Source of the DNA: Gemmatimonadota bacterium
GTDB taxonomy: Bacteria > Gemmatimonadota > Gemmatimonadetes > Gemmatimonadales > Gemmatimonadaceae
Assembly (NCBI GenBank): GCA_031372565.1
Contig: JANMLN010000054.1
Span: forward strand, 1 to 64,000
Direction of reading: 5' to 3'
DNA: 64,000 nucleotides
Below, piece after piece: positions 30,501-39,900 of this stretch. The position numbers and the translations under genes were made by a program. Position 1 is the first letter of the stretch, and each line of letters begins with the position of its first letter. The notes under the pieces were generated by a model. The model was not told the origin of the DNA. It was given only the letters and a program-made list of their open reading frames with translations, and did not search any database.

Positions 30501-31484
30501 GATCGTGAGGCGGTCGCCTTCGTGCTGCACGGCGAGCGCGGCAATACGGCCGCTCATCACCGCCGACCCGATGTTGCGAGCGCCGAGGCCCGACGTGACT
30601 TCAGAGTCGACAGCCGCCGACAGCATGACGCTCGTGCCGGGAAGAGGCGCAAATGCCGGCGCGGCCAGCGTGCGCGGGTTCGTCCCGATGGTGCCGGCGG
30701 TGGCCGCGGCGGCCTCGGCCGAGGTGACCATCTTGGCGCCGATGGCTGGCTTCGCAAAACGCTCGTCCGGGAGCACGGCGTTGACCGTGATGCGCTCCCA
30801 CACGTACTGCTGCTTGTCGGCGCTGGAACTCCCCTTGGCGCCAATGCCCGTGGAGAACGGGAAGAGCACGCCGGAGACTTCCTTGTAGTTGCCCAGCTCC
30901 ACTTCGAAGTAGCTCTCGGCGCCGCGCACCGTGCGCTTCACTTCGTACTTGATGGGGACGCACGACTCCGCGTCCAGATAGTAGGTGCGCTCATCGCCGT
31001 TGCTGGCCAGCGTGACGCGAAGCTTCCAGACTTTCGTGCCTTCGATCTGGTCGGTGCCAAGCAGTTCGACCGTGTTGCCGCGCGCCTTGTAGTCGAAGAG
31101 CGGGTCATCGAACTCGGAATCCTCGATGATGCCCTTGAGCTCGCCTTCGCCCAGCGTCTCCGGGTCCTTCTTGCCGCCGAAGGGCTGGATCTGCCAGCCG
31201 GTCTTGCCGTCGTAGCTGGTGACGCCGGTCATGCCGCCGAAGCCGAATTCTTCGCGCACCTTGTTCGGGCGCTTGAACTCATTGGCCACGGCGGCCTCGA
31301 AGCCGCCACCGCCGTAGAACTTGCCGCTCTTCCGAACGGTCTGGACGGCGCGCAGGCGGTCCGTCCCGCCGATGCGTTGGGCGTACTTGGCGATGATGTC
31401 GTCAGCGGTGGGGACGGACTGCGCTGACAACAGGGCAGGCCCCGCCAAGACGAGGGCGAACAGGGAGAGGAACAGCTTTCGCAT
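27576..31484 (-). CDS. Secreted BNR/Asp-box (VPS10/GH74-like) beta-propeller protein with an N-terminal LolA-like domain
   Basis: Signal MRKLFLSLF...SAQ; N-terminal TADDIIAKY...GG...YDGKTGW domain; then SGRIAAL and many KSTxGGxTW Asp-box repeats. Confidence 0.8.
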   Translation of the reverse strand: MRKLFLSLFALVLAGPALLSAQSVPTADDIIAKYAQRIGGTDRLRAVQTVRKSGKFYGGGGFEAAVANEFKRPNKVREEFGFGGMTGVTSYDGKTGWQIQPFGGKKDPETLGEGELKGIIEDSEFDDPLFDYKARGNTVELLGTDQIEGTKVWKLRVTLASNGDERTYYLDAESCVPIKYEVKRTVRGAESYFEVELGNYKEVSGVLFPFSTGIGAKGSSSADKQQYVWERITVNAVLPDERFAKPAIGAKMVTSAEAAAATAGTIGTNPRTLAAPAFAPLPGTSVMLSAAVDSEVTSGLGARNIGSAVMSGRIAALAVQHEGDRLTIYVGAASGGIWKSTNAGTTFKAVFDKQDVQSIGALALDPRNPRTIWAGTGEPWTRNSVSIGNGIYKSTDAGETWTNMGLPESERISKILIDPTNSSTVYACVPGKLWSDSNDRGVYKTIDGGKSWSKVLGGPNASTGCSLMTMDPTAPGTLYAGLWDFRRKGWTFRSGGDGPDAPSGSALMKTTDGGATWTALDSKSTKGLPAGPWGRVAVTVAPSKPNVVYAFIEAVPPMNGLYRSEDGGASWELRDRSQNMLWRPFYFANLIVDPRNENRLFKPDGGLIMSNDGGATFNGVGGSTHGDAHDIWIDPKNTDHLILADDGGMWTSYDGGDKWWKSETLPISQFYHVSTDMDTPYKVYGGLQDNSSWVGRSQFPGGIAKSQWENLYGGDGFWVFADPKDPTYAYAEAQGGNIGRINMKTHEIRDIKPLPRFGEGKLRYNWNTPIHLSPSRSGTLYLGSQYLFRSRNRGQSWDRISPDLTTNDPAKQMQELSGGITVDNSSAEMHTTIYAIGESPKDSMVVWVGTDDGNVQVTRNGGKQWTNVTGNIAGLPKNSWVSSVEPGHFAVGTIYATFDRHNDGDMAPHAYKSVDFGKTWTSLIAAGSPVRGYAHVIKEDLVNANLLYLGTEFGLWISVDGGRQWARYKGGNMPSVAVRDLVVHARDDDLVIGTHGRGIWIVDDITPLRNLAAGATGQAAAFVQTKPVVQAMNSFGGWANGDAEFVGQNPPGDAIISYYLQRRHIFGDLKLEVFDSTGKLVQTLPAGKRRGLSRTAWSMRMAPPRVPTAASAAFVVGPRFLPGKYSVKLTEGDLVTSTTLRVTGDPRTSHSADDRKAQFALSITLYDLMNEMSSVVEGMNDMRGNLENRGTGLAQRDSLLAALQKGSATVDTMRKKIVATKEGGMITGEERLRENLAELYGSVVGYEGRPSEMQVERAGSISRELGDVNKSFEKWVQIELPKINKMLKDRGLKPIEAARVVP

Positions 31485-31746
31485 CAACGGACTCCGGTAG
31501 ACGTGGCGCATTGCCCTACGGATGGGGGTGCGCACCGGTGCCAGCGCCGGCCCCCGAAGGCTAGAACTGGCACTTTTCCCTTGCGAAAGCAAATCAGGCG
31601 GTCTCGGAGTCTGCCTGGGTCACGCCGAGCGTGATCAGTGTGCGGATGTTGCCGCTCTCCGCGCCGCCGAACCCGTGCTCACGTTGTCGGGGCACATCAG
31701 CACCCGTTCGTCGGTCAGCGCGTCCGGAACCGGCGTGGGTTCGCGC

Positions 31747-32598
31747 TCACTTGGCGGGCGCCTTCACGATCGTCTTCGGCGCCGGCGACGGCGGCAGCGA
31801 CTGCAGCCGGCGCTTGAACGTCTTGAACGCGTCCGAGTCCACCTGGAGGTTGCGGAGCTGTGCCGCGGGATAGGCCGCGATCTGCTTCGTCGTCGCCTCG
31901 ATGCGCGCCTCCTCCAGCGGATGCGTCGCGAAGAACGCGTCCACCGCCGACGGGTTCGACTTCCGCTCGGAAAGCAGGATGCCGAACATCTCCGGGATGC
32001 CGCGTGGATCGATGTGCGCCTTGACCAGCGTCTTCACTCCTTCGTCGTCGGCCTGCGCTTCGTCCTGGCGGCTGAAGCTGGCGAAGAGCGCGCTCCCGCC
32101 GACGTTGATCGCGGCCTGCCCCGCGGAACTCTCGCACACCTTGGTGAGGGTGCAGAGCGCCACCAGGCCGCCGTTCACGCCTTGCGACTGCTGCATCTGC
32201 TGCACCGTGTGCCGCAGCGTCACGTGGCCGATCTCGTGGCCCATCACCCCCGCGAGCTGGTCCATCGTCGTCACGCGCTCGATGAGTCCGCGGTTGACGT
32301 AGATCCATCCGCCCGGGACCGCGAAGGCGTTCACTTCCTTGGAGTCCACGACGGCGAAGTGCCACGCGAGCTGGCGCGCATCGGTCAACGACGCGAGCTG
32401 GTTGCCGAGCGAATTGATGTAGCGGTTCACCTCGGCGTCGCGCACGATCGGCAGCTGCGAGTCGATCTGCGCGGCATACGAGCTGCCCATCGCCACTTCC
32501 TGCTGCTGCGAGATGGCGCAGCCGGCGGCGGTCAGCAGTCCCGCGCCGACGAGGACGAAGCGCAGGTTGGCGCCGAGCATGGGGGCGGAGCGACGCAT
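31747..32598 (-). CDS. M48-family zinc metalloprotease lipoprotein
   Basis: Lipobox AAGC; VNAFAVPGG, GHEIGH, FSRQDEAQAD, FFATHP. Confidence 0.9.
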   Translation of the reverse strand: MRRSAPMLGANLRFVLVGAGLLTAAGCAISQQQEVAMGSSYAAQIDSQLPIVRDAEVNRYINSLGNQLASLTDARQLAWHFAVVDSKEVNAFAVPGGWIYVNRGLIERVTTMDQLAGVMGHEIGHVTLRHTVQQMQQSQGVNGGLVALCTLTKVCESSAGQAAINVGGSALFASFSRQDEAQADDEGVKTLVKAHIDPRGIPEMFGILLSERKSNPSAVDAFFATHPLEEARIEATTKQIAAYPAAQLRNLQVDSDAFKTFKRRLQSLPPSPAPKTIVKAPAK

Positions 32599-32766
32599 CG
32601 TCGGGAGCGAAGGAGGTGAGCACGGCAGGCCGGACGGGCGCCGGTCATCCGTGCAGGTTAGGCTCGCTCGTCAGACGCGACCACCGCGCAAACGGCGTAC
32701 GCCGATTGACGGGGAGTCGGGGCTGATGCTGTCGCCGGCGCGCGGGCCGCCGGCGGATCCGGCCTC

Positions 32767-33228
32767 CTATCGACCGAACGACGAGTGCCGCGCGAAGTAC
32801 GACAGCACCCCGATGAGCAGTAGCACGCCGATGCCCAGAAAGAGGACGCTGACGTTGCCTTCGCCGGGCTCCAGCACCGCCTCGTCCGGGTCGTCCGGGT
32901 CGTAGTACACCTTCACGGGCGTCCCCTTGGGGTATCGCAGCACCCAGCGCAGGGCCCGGCTCGAGTCGCTCGAGCCGAACTCGGCCTCGAAGCTCATGCG
33001 CGTCCCGATGCGCTCGTGGCCCACGTGGTACCGGTAGCGCACGGCGGCCCGCGCGTAGGACTCGCGCCTGCTGACGCGCACCGCCTCGGTCTCGGACGAG
33101 AGCACCTCGCCCGTCACGGAGCGCCAGGCGCGTGCCTTCCGCCCGCGTATCACGCTCCTCGCCCCCGAGCGGGTGAAGGCAAGGCCGATCACGGCGATGC
33201 CCGCAGCGACGAGGTCCGCATTGGTCAT
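32767..33228 (-). CDS. DUF3592-like membrane protein
   Basis: N- and C-terminal TM segments; W.SVTGEVLSS, VRYRY.V, YP.G..V.VYYDPDDP.EAVL. Confidence 0.8.
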   Translation of the reverse strand: MTNADLVAAGIAVIGLAFTRSGARSVIRGRKARAWRSVTGEVLSSETEAVRVSRRESYARAAVRYRYHVGHERIGTRMSFEAEFGSSDSSRALRWVLRYPKGTPVKVYYDPDDPDEAVLEPGEGNVSVLFLGIGVLLLIGVLSYFARHSSFGR

Positions 33229-33236
33229 CGCCTACC

Positions 33237-33450
33237 ATGGCGCGGCCCGGTCGGATTCGCAACCAGCGCGTGGGCCGCCCCGGGCGGCGCCCGCCTGGAC
33301 GGCCGCGTCGACTGGCTCGAGGCTCACGACAAACTCACGGAGGGCGCCACCATGGACGCCGCCTGCGTCTCCGCCTTTCTCACGACCATCATTGCTACGT
33401 CATGGGCGCGGGCACGTACGAGACCGCACTCGGCTTCGAGTCCAGAACGG
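33237..33450 (+). pseudogene. Degraded dihydrofolate-reductase-family (RibD-C-like) gene fragment
   Basis: ARLDGRVDWLE...TMD...AFLTTI[frameshift]CYVMGAGTYETALGFE resembles the DG..DWL and .MG..TYE motifs of this family. Confidence 0.55.
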
Positions 33451-33615
33451 CCTGCCGCAAACCATGGCTGAGTTCGATTGGGAAAACCTCGTCACGCTCG
33501 AGAGCATCGAGCGCGTCGAGGTCTACTCGGCAGCCAACGTCCCGTTCCAGTTCCGACCCAGCGGCAGCAGTTGCGGCAGCGTGCTCAGCTGGACGACGAA
33601 GGACCGCTACGCGCC
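33445..33615 (+). pseudogene. Orphan plug-like C-terminal fragment
   Basis: LVTLESIERVEVYSAANVPFQF...CGSVLSWT; the same VEIY...C...W pattern as the tail of 15668-16756. Confidence 0.5.
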
Positions 33616-33630
33616 CCCCCCGCACGCGCG

Positions 33631-34983
33631 CTATCGGCGGACTTGCTGCGTCACCCAGTCCGCCATCGCGTCGAAGTAGCCGGGGGCATAGCGTGTTCGC
33701 ACCCGTCGGCCAGCGCGGATCGCGAACTCGATGATCCCGTGGTCCGCGCCCGGAAAGATGCGCGTCGTCACCGGCTTCCCCTCCCGTTCCAGTCGCGCGA
33801 GCACCGCGATCGTCGGCCCGGTCGGCGCCTCGATGTCCTCGCCGCCGAGGAGCCAGAGCATCGGGATGTCGAGCGCCTCGAGCGTCGGCACGGGATCGTA
33901 GAACGGATCGATGAAGGTCTCGAACATCTTCGGCACGACGACCTTGGCTTGGGCCAGGCCCATCTTGAGCATCGAGCCGGCCCACGTTTCCATCTGCGGC
34001 AGCTCGGCGAGCCAGCGGCGGTCCCGGTACTGAGCCAGCTTCGACTCGATCTCGCCCCATCCATCCGCGAACTTGTGCTCGGCCGAGCGGTGGATCGATG
34101 CGTTGAGTTCCTCGAACTCGCGCACGTCCTGATCGCCGAAGCCACGCTCCCGCAACTTGAGCGGCGCCTCCAGGCGGTCCTCTTCCGATACTGACATCGC
34201 CATGCCGTATCCCACGAGCACGAATCGTACGCGGGGATCCTTGCGCGCCGCCAGCGGTGCTACCCATCCGCCCTGGCTGTAGCCGGCCAGCCCGATGCGC
34301 GTCGGGTCGAGCGTGGCGTGCGTGCGAAGCAGGCGCGTCGCGGCGGCGACGTCATCGGAGAGCGTGCTGAAGAGCTGCAGGTACTGCCCGCCGGAGCGCC
34401 CCGTGCCGCGCTTGTCGAAGACGAACATCGCCACCCCGTGCGCGGCGAAGAAGTACGGATCCCAGAGCCGATCCACCGACGCGGTGGCATCCGATCCGTG
34501 TACATAGACGACGACCGGCCACGGACCCGCCCCCGCCGGACGGACCAGCTTGCCGAAGAGCGACACGCCACCGCTCGTGAAGCGCACCGTGTCCTCCTCG
34601 AACGAGACCCGGACGCCGCGACGCGGCGGCTGGTCGGGCGCGCGCACCTCGAGCGTCGTCACTCCACGCGTCGTGGTCTGACTCGCGTAGCGCCAGTCTG
34701 CCGGAGCGGAGCCGCTCCACGCTGAAGAGGACTGGAATCGCGTGGAGTCGTTCTGGCGCAGCTGGTGCGCGGCGCCACTCGCGAAGTCGACGTAACGCCA
34801 TCCGGTGTCGCTGGCATCGGCGCGATAGAGTGCCGCGATCCGGCCGTCGGGAAACCGGTACGCACCCGCCAGCTGCGGCGCCGATGCTGGCCCCCACTGC
34901 CCCTGTGCCAGGGTGGCGCGCGCCATCAACAGCGTGAGGAGCACGAGCGAGCGCGTCGGGCAGGACTTCGCGAGCTGGAACAT
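33631..34983 (-). CDS. Secreted alpha/beta hydrolase (S9/S15-like)
   Basis: Signal peptide; VHGS, FDKRGTGRS, GYSQGG nucleophile elbow, GGED, GADH. Confidence 0.85.
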   Translation of the reverse strand: MFQLAKSCPTRSLVLLTLLMARATLAQGQWGPASAPQLAGAYRFPDGRIAALYRADASDTGWRYVDFASGAAHQLRQNDSTRFQSSSAWSGSAPADWRYASQTTTRGVTTLEVRAPDQPPRRGVRVSFEEDTVRFTSGGVSLFGKLVRPAGAGPWPVVVYVHGSDATASVDRLWDPYFFAAHGVAMFVFDKRGTGRSGGQYLQLFSTLSDDVAAATRLLRTHATLDPTRIGLAGYSQGGWVAPLAARKDPRVRFVLVGYGMAMSVSEEDRLEAPLKLRERGFGDQDVREFEELNASIHRSAEHKFADGWGEIESKLAQYRDRRWLAELPQMETWAGSMLKMGLAQAKVVVPKMFETFIDPFYDPVPTLEALDIPMLWLLGGEDIEAPTGPTIAVLARLEREGKPVTTRIFPGADHGIIEFAIRAGRRVRTRYAPGYFDAMADWVTQQVRR

Positions 34984-35229
34984 CGGCATCTCCCGGAGAA
35001 GCAAGGGATGCCATCCGTACGCAGACGTCGCACCGGAGATTCAGGATGGTGCGCGATCGCCTGGCGTCCCCGCGCGCGGACAGTGCGCCGTGAGGGCGCG
35101 AAACTCCGTCGTCCTCGTCGTGCTCGACGAGCGCCTCGATCGCCGGCTGGTTGGCGGGCTCGGGGGCTGAGGCGCGGGGCGCCCGCACTTCCCGACGCCC
35201 CGTCGGCGCGCACATAGCTTCCGGAGGAC

Positions 35230-36870
35230 ATGATCGAAAGCCTCCGCGCGAGTCCGCTGCTGCTGCTCTTCGCCGTCGCCGCGATCGGCTACCCGCTCGG
35301 TCGCCTGCGCATCGGGCGCAGCAGCCTCGGCATCGCGGCCGTGCTCTTCGTCGGCCTCGCGTTCGGCGCGCTCGACCCCGCGCTGCAGTTGCCGGAGATG
35401 GTCTACCAGCTCGGCCTCGTGCTCTTCGTCTACACGGTCGGCCCCAGCAGCGGCCCCGCCTTCTTCGACGCCCTGCGCCGCAAGGGAGCCCGGGACAACC
35501 TGTTCGTGGTCGTGATGCTCCTCGTCGCCGCCCTGCTCACGATCGCATCGCACCAGGCACTCGGGCTCGGCGCCGGACAGACCGCGGGTCTCTTCACCGG
35601 CGCCCTCACGAACACGCCCGCGCTCGCCGCCGTGCTCGAGTATCTCAAGCTGAACGCGGCACCGGGGCTCGGCCGGGAGTCGCTCGACTCCCCCATCGTC
35701 GGCTACTCGATCGCGTACCCGATCGGCGTGCTCGGCGTGATCACCGCGATCGCGGTCGCGCAGCGGCTCTGGCGCGTGGACTACCGGCGTGAGGCGCATG
35801 CGCTGCGCGACCTGGGCGCCACGCGGGCGCCGCTGGTGAGCCGCACCATCCGCGTCGTGCGGCGCGACGGGCGGACCGAATCCGCCGCCGCACTCGCGAA
35901 GCGGAGCGACTGGCACGTCCGGCTCGTCCGCCTGCAGCGAGGGGGCGAGCTCTCGCTCGTCGACGAGGGCACGGTCCTCCGCGACGGCGATCGCGTCAGC
36001 ACGGTCGGCGAGGTCGACGACATCGACCGGCTCACGGCGTTCCTCGGAGTCGAGGAGGACAACGCGCTCGAACTCGACCGCGGCACGCTCGACTTCCGGC
36101 GCGTCTTCGTCTCGGCGCCACGCGTGCTTGCCCGCCGCATCGGTGATCTCGACCTGCGGCGGCGGTTCGGCGCGACCGTGACGCGCGTGCGCCGCGGCGA
36201 CGTCGACTTCCTCGCGACCGACGACACCGTGCTGGAGCCGGGCGACCGCGTGCGCGTCGTCGCACCGCGCGACCGGATCGAGCAGCTCAACGAGTTCTTC
36301 CGCGACTCGTATCGCCACCTGAGCGAGATCGACGTCCTCACGTTCAGTCTCGGGCTCGTCGGCGGGCTGCTGCTCGGTCTCCTCCCCGTGCCGCTCCCCG
36401 GCGGCGGCGCCTTCCGCCTCGGCATCGCCGGCGGACCGCTCCTCGTCGCGCTCGTCGTGAGCAAGCTCGACCGCACCGGGCATCTGGTGTGGAGCCTCCC
36501 GTACGGCGCCAACATCACGCTGCGGCAGTTCGGCCTCCTGCTCTTCCTCGCCGGCATCGGCACGCGCGCCGGCGACGCCTTCCTCACGACGCTCCTGAGC
36601 CGCGGCGGCCTCGCGCTCCTCGCCGCGGGCTTCGCCATCACCGTGACGACCGCGGTGCTCACGCTGTTCATCGGCTACCGGCTGCTCAAGGTGCCGATGA
36701 GCCTGCTCGTCGGGATGCTCGCGGGGCTGCAGACGAATCCCGCGGTGCTGAGCTACGCGACCGAGCAGACGGGCAACGACGTGCCGAACGTCGGCTATGC
36801 GACGGTCTATCCCGTGGCGATGATCACCAAGATCATCCTCGCGCAGTTGCTGGTGGCGCTGCTCGCCTGA
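35230..36870 (+). CDS. Aspartate:alanine exchanger (YidE/YbjL) family transporter with TrkA-C domains
   Basis: GLVLFVYTVG, GALTNTPAL, second repeat GLLLFLAGIG and GLQTNPAVL; central soluble region; GGAGG RBS. Confidence 0.9.
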   Translation: MIESLRASPLLLLFAVAAIGYPLGRLRIGRSSLGIAAVLFVGLAFGALDPALQLPEMVYQLGLVLFVYTVGPSSGPAFFDALRRKGARDNLFVVVMLLVAALLTIASHQALGLGAGQTAGLFTGALTNTPALAAVLEYLKLNAAPGLGRESLDSPIVGYSIAYPIGVLGVITAIAVAQRLWRVDYRREAHALRDLGATRAPLVSRTIRVVRRDGRTESAAALAKRSDWHVRLVRLQRGGELSLVDEGTVLRDGDRVSTVGEVDDIDRLTAFLGVEEDNALELDRGTLDFRRVFVSAPRVLARRIGDLDLRRRFGATVTRVRRGDVDFLATDDTVLEPGDRVRVVAPRDRIEQLNEFFRDSYRHLSEIDVLTFSLGLVGGLLLGLLPVPLPGGGAFRLGIAGGPLLVALVVSKLDRTGHLVWSLPYGANITLRQFGLLLFLAGIGTRAGDAFLTTLLSRGGLALLAAGFAITVTTAVLTLFIGYRLLKVPMSLLVGMLAGLQTNPAVLSYATEQTGNDVPNVGYATVYPVAMITKIILAQLLVALLA

Positions 36871-36996
36871 GCGCCGCCACCGCGCCGCGACCTCGACTGA
36901 TCCGGCGGTTTCCCCGTTCGGAGTGCGGCACGGTGTAAGCTTCGTCATGGCGATTCGCACGGGGACGCCCCCTCCCCTCAAACCGCCGTGGTCGGG

Positions 36997-39900
36997 ATGA
37001 ACACCCTCTTCTCACGGCGCGCGATCCCTCGGCGCCCGCCGCCGAGCGTGGAGGACGTGTACGCCGGCCCCATCCGCGGCGAGCTCCTCGGCGCCGAACG
37101 CCTCGCGGACCGCGCGCGGGGACTCGCGAAGGCACAGCAGGCGATCCACGAGCGGCGCAAGCGCCGCCTGCGCGAACCGCCCGCGCGATTGCTCATCCGG
37201 CTGGCGCAGACGCGCCGGATCCTCGAAGGCGCCGAAGTGCGCCTCACCGCCGCCGCTCAGCGCGGCACCGACATCGGTCCCGCCGGCGACTGGTTCCTCG
37301 ACAACTTCCACGTCGTGCGCGAGCACGCGAGCCAGGTGCATGAGAGCCTGCCGGAAGACTACTTCCGCGAACTCCCGATCCTCACGCACGGCACGCTCGC
37401 CGCGTATCCGCGGGTGTATGAGATCGCGATCACGCTGATCTCGCACGCGGAGGCGCGCATCGACCTCGACAACGTCGATGTCTTCGTCGGCGCCTTCCAG
37501 GAGCGCCTTGTCCTCTCGCTCGGCGAACTCTGGGCGGTGCCGGCGATGCTGCGGCTCGGCCTCATCGAGAGCGTGCGCCGGATGACGCTCCGGACGCTCG
37601 AGCGGCTCGACGAGATCGAGGCGGCCGACAAGTGGACCGCACACATCCTCTCGCGATCGGCGCTCGGACAGGACGCGATGCGCGGCGCGATCGCCGAGTT
37701 CGTCGAGGAACGGCACGTGCTCACCCCGACCTTCGTCTCGCGGTTGCTGCAACAGTTGCGTGCCTCGGCCGGGGCGGTGCCGCCGCTGGTGGGGATCGAG
37801 CAGTGGTTCGCCGAGGAGGGGTTCGGCCCCACCGAGGCCGCCACGCGCGCCGCCGAACGGCTCGCGATGACGACGCACGTGATGGCGAACAGCATCATGA
37901 GCTTGCGGAGCATCGGCCCGCGCGACTGGAGCCGCTTCGTGGAGCGCCAGAGCGCGGTGGAGCGCGAGCTGCGCGGCGATCCGTCGGGCGACTATCCGCA
38001 CATGACCTTCGCCACGCGCGACACCTACCGGCACGCGGTCGAACGGATGGCGAAGCACGCCGGCGCCACCGAGGTGCAGGTGGCCCAGCGCGCGGTCGCG
38101 CACGCGCGCGGCTTCGCGGACGACCCGCGATTGAGCCACGTGGGCTACTGGCTCGTCGATCGTGGCGTGGGGGCCTTCGAGGCCACCATCGGGTACGCCG
38201 CGCCGCGCCCGTTGCGGGTGCGGCGCTGGCTGCGCCGGCAGCCCAATCTCGTCTACACCTCGGCGATCGCGTCGGGAACGCTGGTCGCGCTCGGGCTGCT
38301 GCAGTGGGCCGCGGGCGCCGAGGCGCGCACGTCGTGGATCGTGGTGTCGGTGGTGGGGCTGCTGCTGGCGTTCGACATCGCGGTGAGCCTGATGACGCAG
38401 GCGGTGACGGCGTTCCTGCCGCCGCGCCTGCTCCCGCGGCTCGACTTCACGCAGGTGGGGATCCCCGCGGGATGTCGCACCGCGGTGGTGGTGCCGACGC
38501 TGGTGGCGAACATCCCCGAGGTGGAGGCCGCGCTCTCGGGACTCGAGGTGCAGTTCCTGGCCAATCGCCGGTCGCACCTGCACTACGCGCTGCTGAGCGA
38601 CTACGCCGACGCGGCGACCGAGACCTGCCCCGACGACGCGGCGATCCTCGCGGCCGCGGTGCGCGGCGTGGAGGCGCTCAACGACCGCTACGCGCCGGTC
38701 ACGCGCGACGCGTTCTATCTGTTCCACCGCGACCGGCAGTGGAACGAGAGTCAGGGCGTCTGGATGGGCTGGGAGCGCAAGCGGGGCAAGCTCGCGCAGT
38801 TCAACCGCTTCCTCCGTGGCACGGCCAACGGTGCGTTCGCGGTGACGGTCGGCAGCGTCGAGGTCCTGCGGCAGGTGAAGTACGTGATCACGCTCGACGC
38901 CGACACCGTGCTGCCGCCGGACGAGGCGCTCGCGCTTGTCGGGGCGATCGCGCACCCGCTCAACCGCGCGGTGTTCGACCCGGTGAAGAGCCGCGTCGTC
39001 GAGGGCTACGGCATCCTGCAGCCGCGCGTGAACGTCTCGCTCGCGAGCGCCCAGCGGTCGCGCTTCGCGGCGATCCACTCGGGGCATCCGGGCGTCGATC
39101 CCTACACCACCGCCGTCTCCGACGTCTACCAGGACCTGTACGGCGAGGGGAGCTACACCGGCAAGGGCATCTACGACGTCGATGTCTTCGAGACGGCGAC
39201 GCACGGCCGGTTCCCCGAGAACACGCTGCTCTCGCACGACCTGATCGAGGGCAACTATGCGCGTGCGGGGCTCGTCACGGACATCATGCTGTTCGACGAC
39301 TATCCGGCGCGCTACCTCACCTTCTGGCGTCGGCGCCACCGCTGGATCCGGGGCGACTGGCAGCTGCTGCGCTGGCTCACGCGCACGGTGCCGGGGCCGG
39401 CCGGCCCGGAGCGGAACCGGCTCTCGTTCCTGGCGCGCTGGAAGATCCTCGACAACCTGCGCCGCAGCACGGTGGAGATGGCGCAGCTCGTCTTCCTGCT
39501 CGCCGGCTGGCTCCATCTCACGGGCACGTCGCTGCGCTGGACGGCGCTGGGCCTGCTCGCCGTCGCCGCGCCGTGGATCATCGCGCTGACGATCGCGGTG
39601 GTGAAGCCCGCCCGGGACAAGTCGCTCCGCGCCTACTACGGGGCGGTCTGGCGCGACGCGGTGACGAGCGCCGAGCAGTTCGGGCTCACGATCGTCTTCC
39701 TGCCGCAGCAGGCCTGGCTCGCGGCCGACGCGATCGCGCGCACGCTCTGGCGACTCGCGGTCTCGCGCCGGTCACTCCTCGAGTGGCAACCGGCCGCGCT
39801 CGCAGAGAAGGCGACGCTGCACTCGTTGGGGCTCGCCTGGCGGACGATGTGGCCGGCGGCGCTCACGCCGGTGCTGTTCTTCGCCTTCGTGGCGGGCCGC

